The notes below the pieces were generated by a model. That model was not told where the DNA came from and did no database searches. It was given only the letters and a program-made list of their open reading frames with translations. The position numbers were made by a program, and so were the translations under genes. Of a stretch of 64,000 nucleotides of DNA, positions 13,709-26,650 are shown one piece after another. The first letter of the stretch is position 1, and every line of letters begins with the position of its first letter. This stretch comes from Mobula hypostoma (taxonomy: Eukaryota): NCBI RefSeq assembly GCF_963921235.1, contig NC_086107.1, positions 109,990,001 to 110,054,000 of the forward strand, given 5' to 3'.

Positions 13709-15777
13709 CTTTCTCTTTTTTTTGTAATTTATTTTTTATTGAATTTCATCAAACATTTCTATAAGATGTATTTCAGATACTGTACATATCTATATCATAT
13801 TTGTCACAAATCTCCACATAATATTTATCTGAAGTATTTTCTTTTAGAAAGAAGACAAAAGAAAGAACAATCAAAAGAAGAAAACTATGTAGAGTAGGGA
13901 GTGATTTTGATTGCGAGAATAAAATCAGGCCTATAAGATGTTATGTACTTAAACCATTTTTCCCCAGTATGAATAAAATTGTTCCAACTTATGATTAACA
14001 GATGTTGTTATCTTCTCCATTTTGTGAATGTCCATTGTAATTTCCATCCATACATTTAAAGTTGGGCTCTCCTGAGATAACCGTTTCCTGGTAAGGGTCT
14101 TTTTACCAGTCACCAGCAGTACATTCATTAAATATTTATATTTATTTCTTTTCAACCATTCTTGAGGTATATACCCAAAATATATGGTCTTACTCTCTAA
14201 GTTAGTATATCATTGAAATTTGCGGAATATAACTTAATCGATCTACTCCCTGAATAAGAACCAAGAAAAGTGAATAATAAAAAGAAAGAAAGGTAAGGAA
14301 GGTGTGGTTCCAAGGCTGGGGCCTCTAGATGACCCTGGGTTGGGCTAGAAGAAAAGTCTAGCTGTGGGGGATAGTCCCTCCTACCTGTGGGTTAAGCACC
14401 CCCGTTGCAGTACCTATAAAAGTAAGTTAAAAAAAACTATGTCTATTACACAGAAATGCTTTCCCTGTGTATTCCTCCCATGTATATATTCTCATTTAGG
14501 TAGGGAAAAAGGAATGAATAAATGAATTTTTTAAAAATTGAGTAATATAAAAACCACATTATAACATGTATTTCTCGAGATAGGTATATCACCGTCTATT
14601 TTTGCTTCCGTTTAGTTTCTCAGCACTTTTAAAGTTAGCCCAACCTTATGGCTCTTCTGGAGGAGGTGAGGGCTGTATTCGGAGAACTCACAGTCTCTTC
14701 CTAATATCCTTCTCTCGTCCTGTTCCTGTCCCTTGCTTTCTCGGTTCTCTTACTATTTCCCAAGCAGTTTGGGATAACTGCTCAGCCAGACTTTCCCTTG
14801 GTTTGACCACGCTAATGGACAGTCCTTGGTTGTTCATGTCTATAGTCGCCTCTTCCACCGTCTGGTACAGTCGTATCCCTTCTTGGTATAATACTCTCAG
14901 TTTAGCAGGGTACAGGGTTTGAAATTTAATCTTTTCTTCCTTTAATATTTGTTTTGCTTTGGAATACTCCTTCCGTTTCCGTAGGACCGCCGGGGGGTAA
15001 TTATGATCGAAGTATATTAACTTCCTGTTTCAAAAAACCCTCTTCTTACCCCAGGCCCTTCGTAGAATCTCCACCTTGCTCTTGAATCGGAGAAATTTAA
15101 GTACAATGGATCGCGGTTTACTTCTGTCTGTCTCCGGCAGGCCGCTGGGCGAGAGAACAGTGTGCCCTTTCGATTTCCATCTCCATATTCGGGGGAAAAC
15201 TCCAGCGTGTCCTGCAGCAGCTTGCCTACAAAGTTTATCATCGACACTCCCTCCACTCCTTCAGGAACATCATAAATCCTGATATTATTTCGTTGTGATC
15301 TTCCCTCCTGATCGAGCAATCTCCTGTTGATTTAATATTTTTATCGTCGTACTTAGTATCTGTTCCATGTTTTGCACGCGGTCTTCCACCTTCTCAATTC
15401 AAGTCTCTGCCATCGCTATTTCCTGACTGACGCTGGCGAGCTCTGACTTTATATCATTGAGTTGTTTTATTTATCTTTTTGGACTTCCCTAATCTCTTCC
15501 AGAATCTTCATATTTGCCACTTCGCCTGCAAGAGGCCCCGCATCAACTTCGCCGCCACGCGCACGTGTAGGAGAGCTGCATCCTGCACCTCTCTCTTCCA
15601 TAGGCTTCGCAGTGATGCTTTTTTTTAATCTCCATTCTTTCTCCCCATTCTTGCCCCCCTTATCAATTCAGATATGTTCGAAAGATCTTAGATTTGATGC
15701 ATTAACGGGGCAAAATATCCGTTTTTCCAGAGGAGCTGTTGATTTAAGCTGCCATTCTGAATGATGACATGAACCGT
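13709..15777 (-). mobile_element. Internally deleted L1-type element (ORF1 plus ORF2 tip; HAL1-like)
   Basis: (-) ORF1 motif LDQEGRSQRNNIRIYDVPEGVEG, ORF2 C-terminal remnant at 13949-14155, A-rich tail at 13709-13740, and direct repeat CATGACCT at 13701-13708 and 15778-15785. Confidence 0.7.
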
Positions 15778-16806
15778 CATGACCTTGTTCTCTGTCCGGG
15801 CACAGTTACTAGATTCACTGTGAGAGCAACAACAGTCAGAAGGTACAAAGATGCAACCACTGATGTCCGTACTAACTCAGGCCCAGACACTCATGGGCCC
15901 ACCCAGGTGATAGGCAAGAATAAAGGGAAAAATAACAGAGAGCAGAGAAGAAGCACCTGCTGGAGGAGGCACTGAGGAACTCAACTGAGACCCAAGTGTC
16001 TTTGACTCCATCCTGCATCACATACAACCAAGCTCAGAAAGCCAAACATCAACTGAAACATATAGAAGACCCTGGAACACCATCTATCCCTGCTCAAGTT
16101 TTAAAACTTGGGGTAGAATCTCAAACAGAAGTTCACAGATTCACCTCCCACAACTGGGAAGAAAACAAGCCGGAGGTACCTCAGCAGGGTCAACTTCGAG
16201 TAAGAAGGTACAAAGTAACTTCACTAAATTCTGATGGTTCTCCCTGCTATCTGACATAAGAAATAAATCACTGGGCAGTTAATATACGCTATGCGTGTTC
16301 TTGGTTATATTGGACCGATAAAAATGAACGACCACCATGGGTTGATTTGGAATTGAAAGCTGTGAAACAATTTTACTTAAGTTCATTATTAGGAGCTTCT
16401 TTACCTGGACAACTAGCCAAAATTTCTATTTTAAATATAAATCCTATGATTAAGCAGTCATTACGAATTTGGTACCAGTTTCATAAGTTTTTTAAATCTT
16501 AAAAAATTTAACCTTCTTAATTTAATTTATCAAAACTATTTATTTAAACCTTCACTTAGTGATCCTACCTTTTTCTCTTTGGAGAAATAAAGGAATTTAT
16601 TCCTTTATGGATTTGTTTCAAGAAGGTTGATTGCTGTCCTTTGAGAAATTAGTAACTAAATACTCTCTTTCATACTCACACTTTCTGCAATATCTTCAGG
16701 TCCGACATTTTTATTTAAGTAATTTTCCATATATACAAGATTCTGAGGAACACTCACAATGTGCTGGAGGAACTCAGCAGGTCAATCAGCATCAGTTGAA
16801 AAGATT

Positions 16807-16842
16807 AGTCGACGTTTCGGGCCGAAACCCTTCGTCAGGACT
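16807..16842 (-). ncRNA. Minimal hammerhead ribozyme motif, core intact
   Basis: Reverse complement AGTC-CTGACGA-A-GGGT-TTCG-GCCC-GAAACGTC^GACT; stem II is capped by UUCG. Confidence 0.8.
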
Positions 16843-17985
16843 GAAGGAAGAACTTTGGGGAGGGTTTGAAGAATGCTGGTAGTTGAAAAAAACAGTAATT
16901 TTTAAGACAAAGGGGTGAGGGAGGAGAAGCAGGGAGGTGATTGGCAAGAGAACAATAGTAGGAAGAGGCGGAACTATGAGGGAGGTGATGCGAAATAGGG
17001 ATAGAGGAAGGGAGGGGGAGGGAATTACCGGAAGTTGGAGAATTCTATGTTCATACCAAGGGGCTGGAGACTACCTAGACGGTATATGAGGTGTTGCTCC
17101 TCCAACCTGAGTTTAGCCTCATCATGGCAGTAGAGGAGGCCATGTATGGACATATCTGAATGGGAATGGGAAGCAGAGTTGAAGTGGGTAGCTACTGGGA
17201 GATCCTGTCTGTTGTGGCGGACGGAGTGGAGGAGGCCACACCGGGAGCACCGGATGCAACAGATGACCCCAACAGATTCGCAAGTGAAGTGTTGCCTCAC
17301 CTGGAAGGACTGTTTGGGGCCCTGAATGGTGGCAAGAGAGGAGGTGTAGGGACAAGTGTAGCACTTATGCTTACAGGGATAAGTGTGGGTGGGAGATCCG
17401 TGGGGATGGACGTGCGGATAAGTGAGTCGCGGAGGGATCGATCCCTGCGGAAAGCGGAGAGGGGTGGAGAGAGAAAGATGTGCTTAGTGAGGCAACACTT
17501 CACTTGCGAATCTGTTGGGGTCATCTATTGCATCTGGTGCGGCCTCCTCTACATCGGTGAAACCCAACACAGATTGGGGGACCGCTTCGTCGAGCACCTC
17601 CACTCTGTCCGCCACAACAGACAGGATCTCCCGGTAGCCACCCACTTCAACTCTGCTTCCCATTCCCATTCAGATATGTCCATACATGGCCTCCTCTACT
17701 GCCATGATGAGGCTAAACTCAGGTTGGAATAGCTCACCTCATATACCGTCTAGGTAGTCTCCAGCTCCTTGGTATGAACACAGAATTCTCCAACTTCCGG
17801 TAATTCCCTCTCCCTCCCTTCCTCTATCCCTATTTCACATCACCTCCCTCATAGTTCCGCCTCCTTCTACTATTGTTCTCCTGCCAATCACCTCCCTGCT
17901 TCCCCTCCCCCACCCCTTTGTCTTAAAAATTACTGTTTTTTTCAACTACCAGCATTCTTCAAACCCTCCCCAAAGTTCTTCCTTC

Positions 17986-18021
17986 AGTCCTGATGAAGGG
18001 TTTCGGCCAGAAACGTCAACT
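17986..18021 (+). ncRNA. Minimal hammerhead ribozyme motif with stem mismatches
   Basis: AGTC-CTGATGA-AGGGTTTCGGCCA-GAAACGTC^AACT; core intact, one mismatch each in stems I and II. Confidence 0.6.
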
Positions 18022-19713
18022 AATCTTTTCAACTGATGCTGACTGACCTGCTGAGTTCCTCCAGCACATTGTGAGTGTTCCTTTGACAACAGCATCTGCA
18101 GATTATTTTGTGTATACAAGATTCTGACCTGTTAGACACTATTTTAAAAATGAACCCTTTAGTGAAAGGTTTCATTGGGAAAATTTATAATTTACTATTA
18201 CAACAGGATAATTATCCTCTATTTAAGATTAAGCAAGATTGGGAAAGAGAGCTTAACATGACCTTGATAACAGAAGATTGGTTGCAAATTTTGAAGTTGG
18301 TTAACTCTTCTTTGATTTGCACCAGTCATTCTTTCATTCAATTTAAAATTGTACATCGTTATTATCTGACAAAGGAGAGACTGTCCAAAATATTTCCTAA
18401 TGTTAATAGTCAGTGTGATAGATGTAAAACTGAGATAGCTACATTGACACATATGTTTTGGTTGTGTTCTGTATTGAAACAGTTTTGGAAATCTATTTTT
18501 TCTACTATTTCTAAAGCTTTAAAAATTAATTTACAACCTAATAAATTGACAGCTTTCTTTGGTATAATTCCTCAATATATTCATGGTATTTCTATATCAG
18601 ACCAACATGTAATTGCATTTGTTATATTATTGGCTAGAAGGGCTACTTTATTGAAATGGAAAGATGCTTCTGCTCCCACTTTGATACAATGGTTCTCTCA
18701 GGTGATGCTATGTCTTAGTTTGGAAAAAATCATGTCGAACTTTTGATCCCCGATTTGACTTTGAGAAAAGGTGGGGCTCTTTTGCCTGCTACTATCATTT
18801 GATTTGAGTTAATTAAGATGGTCCCCTTCTGATTCTTGGGTAAATGGATTTGGTTGGCAGATTGATGTCTTTTTTTTATATAGAAGCTTGTATGGCATAT
18901 AGCGCCAGGTTTGTGCTCCAAATGGGTTTTTTTTTCTGGGTTTTTTTTGTTTTAGTTAGTAGGGGTTCTTTTTTCCTTTTATTTTTTTCCAAAAAAAGAT
19001 AGCTTTAACATTTTAAAAAAATTATTGATATACTGTTTAGCTTTACTACTTCGACTCTTATTATACATATTGATATATTGACTTGATTATTTTAATTTTT
19101 TTTTGTTGTCGATTTTCAATAATAATTAATAAGGAGAATTAAAAATGAAAATGAAATAAATCGCTCAAGAATCTTCCTTAAAAGAGGATGTTTCCTATGG
19201 TGGGGGAGTCCAACTCCAGAGGACACAACCTCAGAATAGAGGGACGTCCTTTTAGAACAGAGACGAGTAGCTTCTTCAGCCAGAATGTGGTGAATCTATG
19301 GAATTTGTTGCCTCAGGTAGCCATGGAGGCCAAGTCTTGGGTATATTTAAAGCAGAGGTTGATAGATTCTTGATTAGTCAGGGCATGAAGGGATATGGGA
19401 AGAAGCCTCAATGGACCAAATGACCTCATTCTGCTGCTATATCTTATGGTCTAAATATCTCAGGAAAGCTGCTCCTTAAACATAGTGTGGATTCCACCCT
19501 CGTTAAGGCGCAACAGATATGATCAACAGATCAATCAGAAACCCAGTGCCAGTGACCCAGCATATTACAGATCCAGTGCAAGCAAGAGTCAGGTCAGGCT
19601 GCATTACAATTACGTATGTCTCATTTTCCTTGCTGTAATATTGCACCTGACCTCCAAAAAGCTTTCAGCTGAAGTGGAGTTTACCCACTGGACCAATGAA
19701 CAATGAAACAACC

Positions 19714-19983
19714 GGGGCGCCACAGTAGCGTAGCGGTTAGTGCAACGCTATTACAGCTCTGGCTGGAGTTCAAAGTTCAATTCTGGTGTCCTCTGTGACG
19801 AGTTTGTACGCCTTCCTCATGACTGAATGGGTTTTCTCCAAGGGCTCCATTTCCTCCCACAGTCCGTTAATCAGTTAATTGGTCATTATAAATTGCCCTG
19901 TGATCAGGCTAGGGTTAAATCGAGGGTTGCTGGGCGGTGCGGCAAGGCCCTTCTGGCCTATGCTGTATCCCCGAAATAAAAAT
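19714..19983 (+). mobile_element. tRNA-derived V-SINE-type SINE (representative copy; others at about 4245, 7415-, 13115-, 23317-, 36940, 39920, 55390, 58890-, 61515, 63965)
   Basis: A-box-like TAGCGTAGCGG, B-box-like GTTCAATTC, central TGGGTTT.CTCC..G.GCTCC..TTTCCTCCCA domain and an (AAAT)n tail; repeated across the window. Confidence 0.75.
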
Positions 19984-20572
19984 AGAATTATTAAATCCAC
20001 ACCAGGTTATGCTGGTGCACTGGAGGCACTGGTGAATTTTCCCAACCCTGACAGTTTGCCTACAATGAAATCCACAGACTTAATTTTCATTGCCTCAACA
20101 CCCACCTTTCAGTGAAGGCAGACGCCAGGTCAAAATTCACTAGCACATCCTCCATGATTAAAAGCGTGTCCAAAGATCACAACCTATAAAAACCAGTGCA
20201 AAACTCATTAGGTAAGTGACCCCTATCTTCCTTGACCTTTGAACATCCTTTTCCTTAAATCACAAACCGTGTCAATGCACTACAGGTGATGGCAAGCTAG
20301 GACACTGATGGTTTTCAAAGGCACGGATGCCCTGCAACAGACATCACAAAGAACTGGAAAGGTACTTTCCAGAATCCTCAAATCCACTGGGCAGATGAGT
20401 GAACCAACATTAATGTCCTCTCCCAGCTACATCCGCAACATCCGGGCCTCAGTTATACTCAGTGATGTTAGATGAGTAGAACACATCTTCCACATGCCCA
20501 ATAAGCACTCAGGCAGTACTCTAAGCTACACCAGAAAGTAAGTGTTTATCACAATATTGACTATAATATCTA

Positions 20573-20645
20573 GTGTGAGTGTGAGTGTAAGTGTAAGTGT
20601 AAGTGTGAGTGTGAGTGTGAGAGAGAGGGGGAGAGAGAGAGAGCG
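20573..20645. repeat. (GTGTRA)n followed by a (GA)n microsatellite
   Basis: Directly visible. Confidence 0.9.
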
Positions 20646-21039
20646 TGAGCGAGCTCTGGAAAGTTAAATTTTCCGGTCTTACTGAGGATTTTTATTGTCT
20701 GATGGAGGGAAGGAGGCAAGCTGCCCCACCTGTGCTAGTCTTCATGTGCTGAACTGGCCTGTAAGTTAATAGAGCAGAAGAAAATCACCCTCAATCGCAA
20801 GAAGCTAAGAAAACATATTTTAAGGATCATTAAATTAAAAAGTTATTTCCACCCTTAGAGAAAATGATATTATTCCTTTACACATCTTGTTCCCATTATC
20901 TCAAACTCCCAAGATGCCCAGGCAGCACTGTATCAACGTTCCTGATGTCATTTATAGATTTACACAGCACAGAAAGAGACCCTTCAGACCAACTCAGCCA
21001 TGCCGATCAAACTGTCTACCTGAACTGGTTCCATTTGTC

Positions 21040-21600
21040 TATGTCACCAAAGACACTTGCAAATTTCTACGGATGTACCGTGGAGAGCATTCTAACTGGT
21101 TGCATCACCACCTGATAAGGAGGGGCCACTGCACAGGATCGGAAAGAGCTGCAGAAAGTTGTAAACTCAGCCAGCTCCATCATGGGCATTAACCTCTTCA
21201 GCATCGAGGACATCTTCAAAAGATTATGCCACAAAAACGTGGCATCAATCATGAAGAACCCCCACCACCCAGGACATATCCTCTCCTCATTGCAACCATC
21301 AGGGAGGAGGTACAGGAGCCTTAAGACACACACTTAAAAAGTTTCAAGAACAGTTTCTTCCCATCCGCCATCAGATTTTTGAATGGACAATGAACTCATG
21401 AATACTACCTCACTTTATCCCCTCTTTTGCAATATATACACACACACACACATGCATATTAAATAATATTCATATGTAATATTACATTATATATACTTAC
21501 TATAACTTAGTTTTTATTATGCATTGCAATGTACTGCTGCCACAAAACAACAAATTTCATGACATATGCCAGCGATCCTAAACCTGATTCTGATATCTAC
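21040..21600 (+). mobile_element. Rex/Babar (L2-like) LINE 3' fragment
   Basis: MSPKTLANFYGCTVESILTGCIT...HHPGH...PSGRRYRSL; inserted inside a CR1 fragment. Confidence 0.75.
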
Positions 21601-24600
21601 CTGAACTGTTCCTATCATTGCAACTCTAAACAAAACAAAGTTTTGTTTAAATATTGTAATTATACCCATCCATAGCATTTCTCCTGACAGCTCGTTCCAT
21701 ATACCCACCACCCTCTATGTAGAAAACCTACCCCTCAAGTCCCCTTTAAATATTTCTCCTCACTTTAATCTATCCCCTTTAGCCTGAAATTCATGTACCC
21801 TGGGAATAAACTACAATCACTTTATCCTTGTGGGTAAAGCACGCGATCAATGTGTACTGGTTCCCTCTAGTGGACTGACTGATGAATCACAGATGGAAAA
21901 TAAATCAAGGGCAGCATTCCTCAAGGGAGTAATTCTTGAGCCAGAATAAAAATCTGAAGAAGCCTTTGATGATCCACTTTAAAACACTCAAAAAATATTG
22001 TTGCCTATCTAGATCTGGAACGTTTTTCAAATCCAAAGCACATTTCTAACATGGCTGTAACATTCCATTTGGCCAGCTCTGGCCAGGAAGAATCAAAAGC
22101 ACTCTGCTGGTGACCTCTCTCAATCAGACACCATTCTCATGCACAACTGCATCTCAAAGCTCTCATCTTAAATGAGCCAAAGTATCACCTTTTTCACCTC
22201 CGGTTTTGAGTTCAGTGTCGACGAGGGCAGGCCGAGAACAACAGACAGGAGCTTCCCTATTATGAGCAGATTTCTGACCTCTGTCAAAGCTAACGTGACA
22301 AAGGGAATAAAGTATGACTGTCAGTTACCCAAGTTGGACCAACAACTGTTTAACTGCCAGCATAAAGAAATACTCTACACCAGATATTAATGGTACAGGT
22401 GATAGAAGAACCATAAGACACAAGAGCAGAATTAGTCAATTCAGCCAAAGTTTGCTCTGTCATTCCATCATGGCTGATTTATTATCCCTCTCAACCCCAT
22501 TCTCCTGCCTTCTCCTTGTAATCTTCAACACCATTGCTAAATCAGGAACCTATCAACCTCCAGTTTAAATATACCCAATGAGTTAGCCTCCACAGCCGTC
22601 TATAGCAGTAAATTCCACAGATTCACCACCCTCTGGCTAAGATATTCTTCCTCAAAGGAACAGTGTTTTATATAAATACACAACATTTCATATGTCTTAT
22701 CTTGATCTGAATGCCAGAATTCCCGCTTCTTCCATTTTAACATAACAAATTGTTTCAATGAACAAAGTTGATTTAAAAAAAAAGAGAAACCTGGGAACTT
22801 CAGATTGGTTAGCCTAACAATAGCAGAGATGGAAAAGCCCTTTATAAAGGATGAGATTACACAAACACCTGGAAAATACCAACAAGATTAAATAGTCAAC
22901 AGTGATTTATTAATGAGAACATTTTTTAGGGATATAACCTGTAGAAGGATGAGTACCAGAGGGTATCATGTATTTGGATTTTTGAAAGTCTTTGATTAAA
23001 TCCTACATGAGGTAGCGTAGAACAGCACACATAAGGGATCTGTATCACACTGAAAAAAAGGAAGTGATTTGGGTGAACTTGTAGAATGTCACAAAAGTTT
23101 TAAGTAGCTGCTTGTGCTGTCAGCTGAAGCTGTAATTTAAAGAAAGGACTGTATGCTACATACAAACTTCATAGCATAAAGTTCACACATTCCAAAGATA
23201 GAGGTGTTAATAGGTCACATGGGTGTAACTGGGCAGCATGGGCTTGTTACCGCACTGTATCTCCAAATAAAGATTAAATAAATACAATTTAAAGTTTATG
23301 AAATAGTAATTTTAAATTTTATTTAGTGATACAGCGCAGAATAGGCTCTTCCGGCCCTTTCACCAGCACAGCCACAGCCATCCCCGACAACCCAAATTTA
23401 ACCCTAACCTTATCAAAGGAAAATTTACAATGATCAATTAACCCACCTGGTACACCTTTGGACTGTGGCAGGAAAACTGGAGCACCCGGGGGAAATCCAT
23501 GCATTCCATGGGGAAGCCACACAGATACCTCAGAGGTTGCTGGGATTGAAATCCTGACGCCACGAGCTAACCACTACGCTACTGTAGCGCCTACAGGAAT
23601 AGGTATAAATGAGTTTTTAGGTAGTGACTGATAGGCTTCTTGAGGCAATGGTGCTTAGGCCTAATATGTGTACATTTTTTCTATTCATTCAAGGAATGTG
23701 GGCTTTGTAGGTAGTCAGCATTTAATTGGCCAACCTTGACAAGGCGATGGTAAGCTACCTTCTTGAACTGTCACAGTTCTGGAGGTAACAGCATACCCAT
23801 AATTCTATTAGAGAGAGCTCCTGTGCTTTGACTGAGCAGGAAAGGGATGGGGAGAAATCTCCACTTTAGATGGAGTCACTTTGGAGAGGATGTTTCCTAT
23901 AGTGGGTGAGTCCAGGGCCAGAGGGCACAGCCTCACAATAGACAGAAGTCCATTTAGTACAGAGGTGAGGAGAAATTTCTTTAGCCAAAGGAACTTGTCA
24001 CAGAAGGCTATGGAGGCCAAGTCATTGGGTATACTTAAAGTGAAGTTTGAAAGGTTCTTGATTAGTGATGGTGTCACTAAGGCAGGAGAATGGAGTTGAG
24101 AGGGGTAATAAACTTAGCCATGATGGAAGAGCAAAGCAGACTCAATGGGCCAAATGGCCTAATTCTGCTCCGCTCTCTTATGATCTTCCTGATGGACAAC
24201 TTCCTGGTAGCAATCCCACATTTTTGCTGTACTGATAGAGGCTGTGGTTTTGGAAGGTACGATCAAAAGAGTCTTGGTAGATGGTGAAAGAGTGAATAAA
24301 TCTTTATGGACAAGCAATGTGCTATGTCCTGGATGGTGTCAAGCTCTAAGTGCTGTTGAAGATGTACCCATCCAAGCATGTGGACAATATGCCATTACAC
24401 TCCTGACCTGAGACTTGCAGACATTGGACAATTTGAGAGTTAGGAGGCAAGTTACTCGCTGTAGCGTTTCTAGACCATGACCTGCTCTTGGTGCCACATT
24501 GTGTATGTGGCTACTCTTTCATACATATTAGATGAGGGAACTTAGTTTTGGTCTCAAACAGTAAAAGGACATACTTGCCAGAAGTGTATAAAAGTTCACC

Positions 24601-25946
24601 AGTTAAATTCCTAAAATGTTAGGTCTGTCATATAACAAGAAATTGAGTCAACTAGGTATGTCTGCAATGGCATTTAGAACAATAGGAAATTTATTTGAAA
24701 ATGAACAAAATTCTGACAGAACCTGACAGATTGGATGCAAGGTGCTGTGATTGTGGAAATGAGGGTCCTGTTTCAAGCAGAAAACTGGATTGTCACAAGA
24801 AATGTCTTCACTCAGGAGATGAATCTGTGGAATTTTCTACCACAGAAAGCTCTGGAGGCTAATTCACTAAATAGTTAAAAAGGAGAGAGATAGATTTCTA
24901 GATTTTGAAAAGGCATCAAGGAGGGGAGAGGGTACGAGAAAAAAGAAAAATGGTATTCAGATAAGGAATCATTAATCTGCAAAGCAAGCTTGAAGGTTTG
25001 AATGACTTACTCCTCCGCACAGCTCCCTTGCGTGTGCCCACTTAAATGAACCTTCCCACACTGTAAATGCTGGGGTACCAATCTGTAGATATCAGTCGAC
25101 TCTGCATGCAAGGATCAATGAACATCTTTTGACTGCCAAACTTTAATATCCTCTCTCGACAAGGATCACTGAAGACCAAAATAAAACGCAACTGTAATGG
25201 GGAAATCCATGGCAGACTATGACATTCTAAGCAAAAAGCAGTGACTGACCCTAGGAATCTTAGTTCAGTGTCAAAGAACATAAACAGACTTATGCAAGTC
25301 CTCTCTCCTCCCTCAAATGTTCCAATCCTTTTGTTAACCTGTTGCTAGTCCTAGGCAGTTTAGTCCCACAGCCTAACTTCAATCACAAGTTTTAGAAGTT
25401 GAATATGAAAGCTTTGTGCAGGAGAAAAAATATCACACCTCAAGGAAATCAAAGGTTTTCTTCACACATCTACTAATCCCGGAAATCAGAAATCTGCTCA
25501 AATGGGATTCAGCTAAAACTATAGTTGGGGAACCAAAGAAAAATAAGTTGATAGGACTAATAATCTACAGCAATAAAACTTTTATACAGAGAAAAATGTT
25601 GGTTGAGACTGAAGAAATAAGTTTCCATCGATTTGCACAGGAATCCAGACATGGAAGTACTTGGGCCATAATTAAATGATACAAATTGCACATTAAGTTA
25701 CCAAGATATGCGCCTAGTACACCATTCAACTTCACATGTAACCAAGCCCCAACAATGGTGTACTAGGCTCTCACCTCACTTCCTAAGTCCAGCATTGCTT
25801 TTGTCTTTTTAAGCATTATAACAAACCAATAAAATCCAAAGCAACACGCACAGAATGCTAGAGGAACTCAGCAGGTCAGGCAGCATCTAAGAACAGGAAC
25901 AAAGAGCTTACATTTCAGGCTCAGACCTTCAACAAACCAGAATGTT

Positions 25947-26650
25947 TTAGACAATAGGTGCAGGAGTAGGCCATTTGGCCCTTAGAGCCAGCACCGCCAT
26001 TCACTGTGATCATGGCTGATCATCCACAATCAGTATCCAGTATCCCCATAACCTTTGATTCCGCTATCTTTAAGAGCTCTATCCATCTCCTTTTTGAAAG
26101 CATCCAGAGACTTGGCCTCCACAGCCTTCTGGGGCAGAGCATTCCATACATCCACCACTCTCTGGGTGAAAAAGTGTTTCCTCAACTCCGTTCTAAATGG
26201 CCTACCCTTAATTCTTAAACTGTGGCCTCTGGTTCTGGACTCACCCATCAGCGGGAACATGCTTCCTGCCTGCAGTGTGTCCAATCCCTTAATAATCTTA
26301 TATGTTTCAATAAGATCCCCTCTCAGCCTTCTAAATTCCAGAGAATACAAGCCCAGTCGCTCCAATCTTTCGACATATGACAGTCCCGCCATCCTGGGAA
26401 TTAATCTTGTGAACCTACGCTGCACTCCCTCAATAGCAAGAATGTCCTTCCTCAAATTTGGAGACCAAAACTGCACACAGTACTCCAGGTGTGGTCTCAC
26501 CAGGGCCCTGTACAGCTGCAGAAGGACCTCTTTGCTCTTATACTCAATTCCCCTTGTTATGAAGGCCAGCATGCCATTAACTTTCTTCACTGCCTGCTGT
26601 ACTTGCTTGCTTTCAGTGACTGATGTACAAGAACACCTAGATCTCGTTGT
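25947..26650 (-). mobile_element. Young CR1 LINE 3' end
   Basis: Open 186-aa frame LQLYRALVRPHLEYCVQFWSP...RRLRGDLIETYKI...TRGHSLR...FFTQRVVDVWNALP, followed by a CR1-type 3' UTR. Confidence 0.9.

Larger units (their letters stand above)
16747..18112. mobile_element. Fold-back Penelope-like retroelement inserted into an L1
   Basis: Inverted arms at about 16746-17300 and 17487-18082, each with a GIY-YIG remnant (RQHFTCESVGVIYC...YIGET...). 15-bp TSD TATACAAGATTCTGA at 16732-16746 and 18113-18127. Confidence 0.9.
16273..19152 (+). mobile_element. 5'-truncated L1/Tx1-group LINE (ORF2 C-terminus), split by the PLE
   Basis: The ORF continues across the insertion (NFPYIQDS|DLLDTILK). Zinc knuckle CDRCKTEIATLTHMFWLC, T-rich 3' UTR and A-rich tail. 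Probable TSD GAAATAAATC(A/G)CT at 16260-16272 and 19153-19165. Confidence 0.8.

Noticed and set aside
17160..17732. 190-aa ORF as a domesticated GIY-YIG nuclease
   Set aside because: It is a chimera across the inversion junction, and the nuclease part has a deletion and a premature stop.
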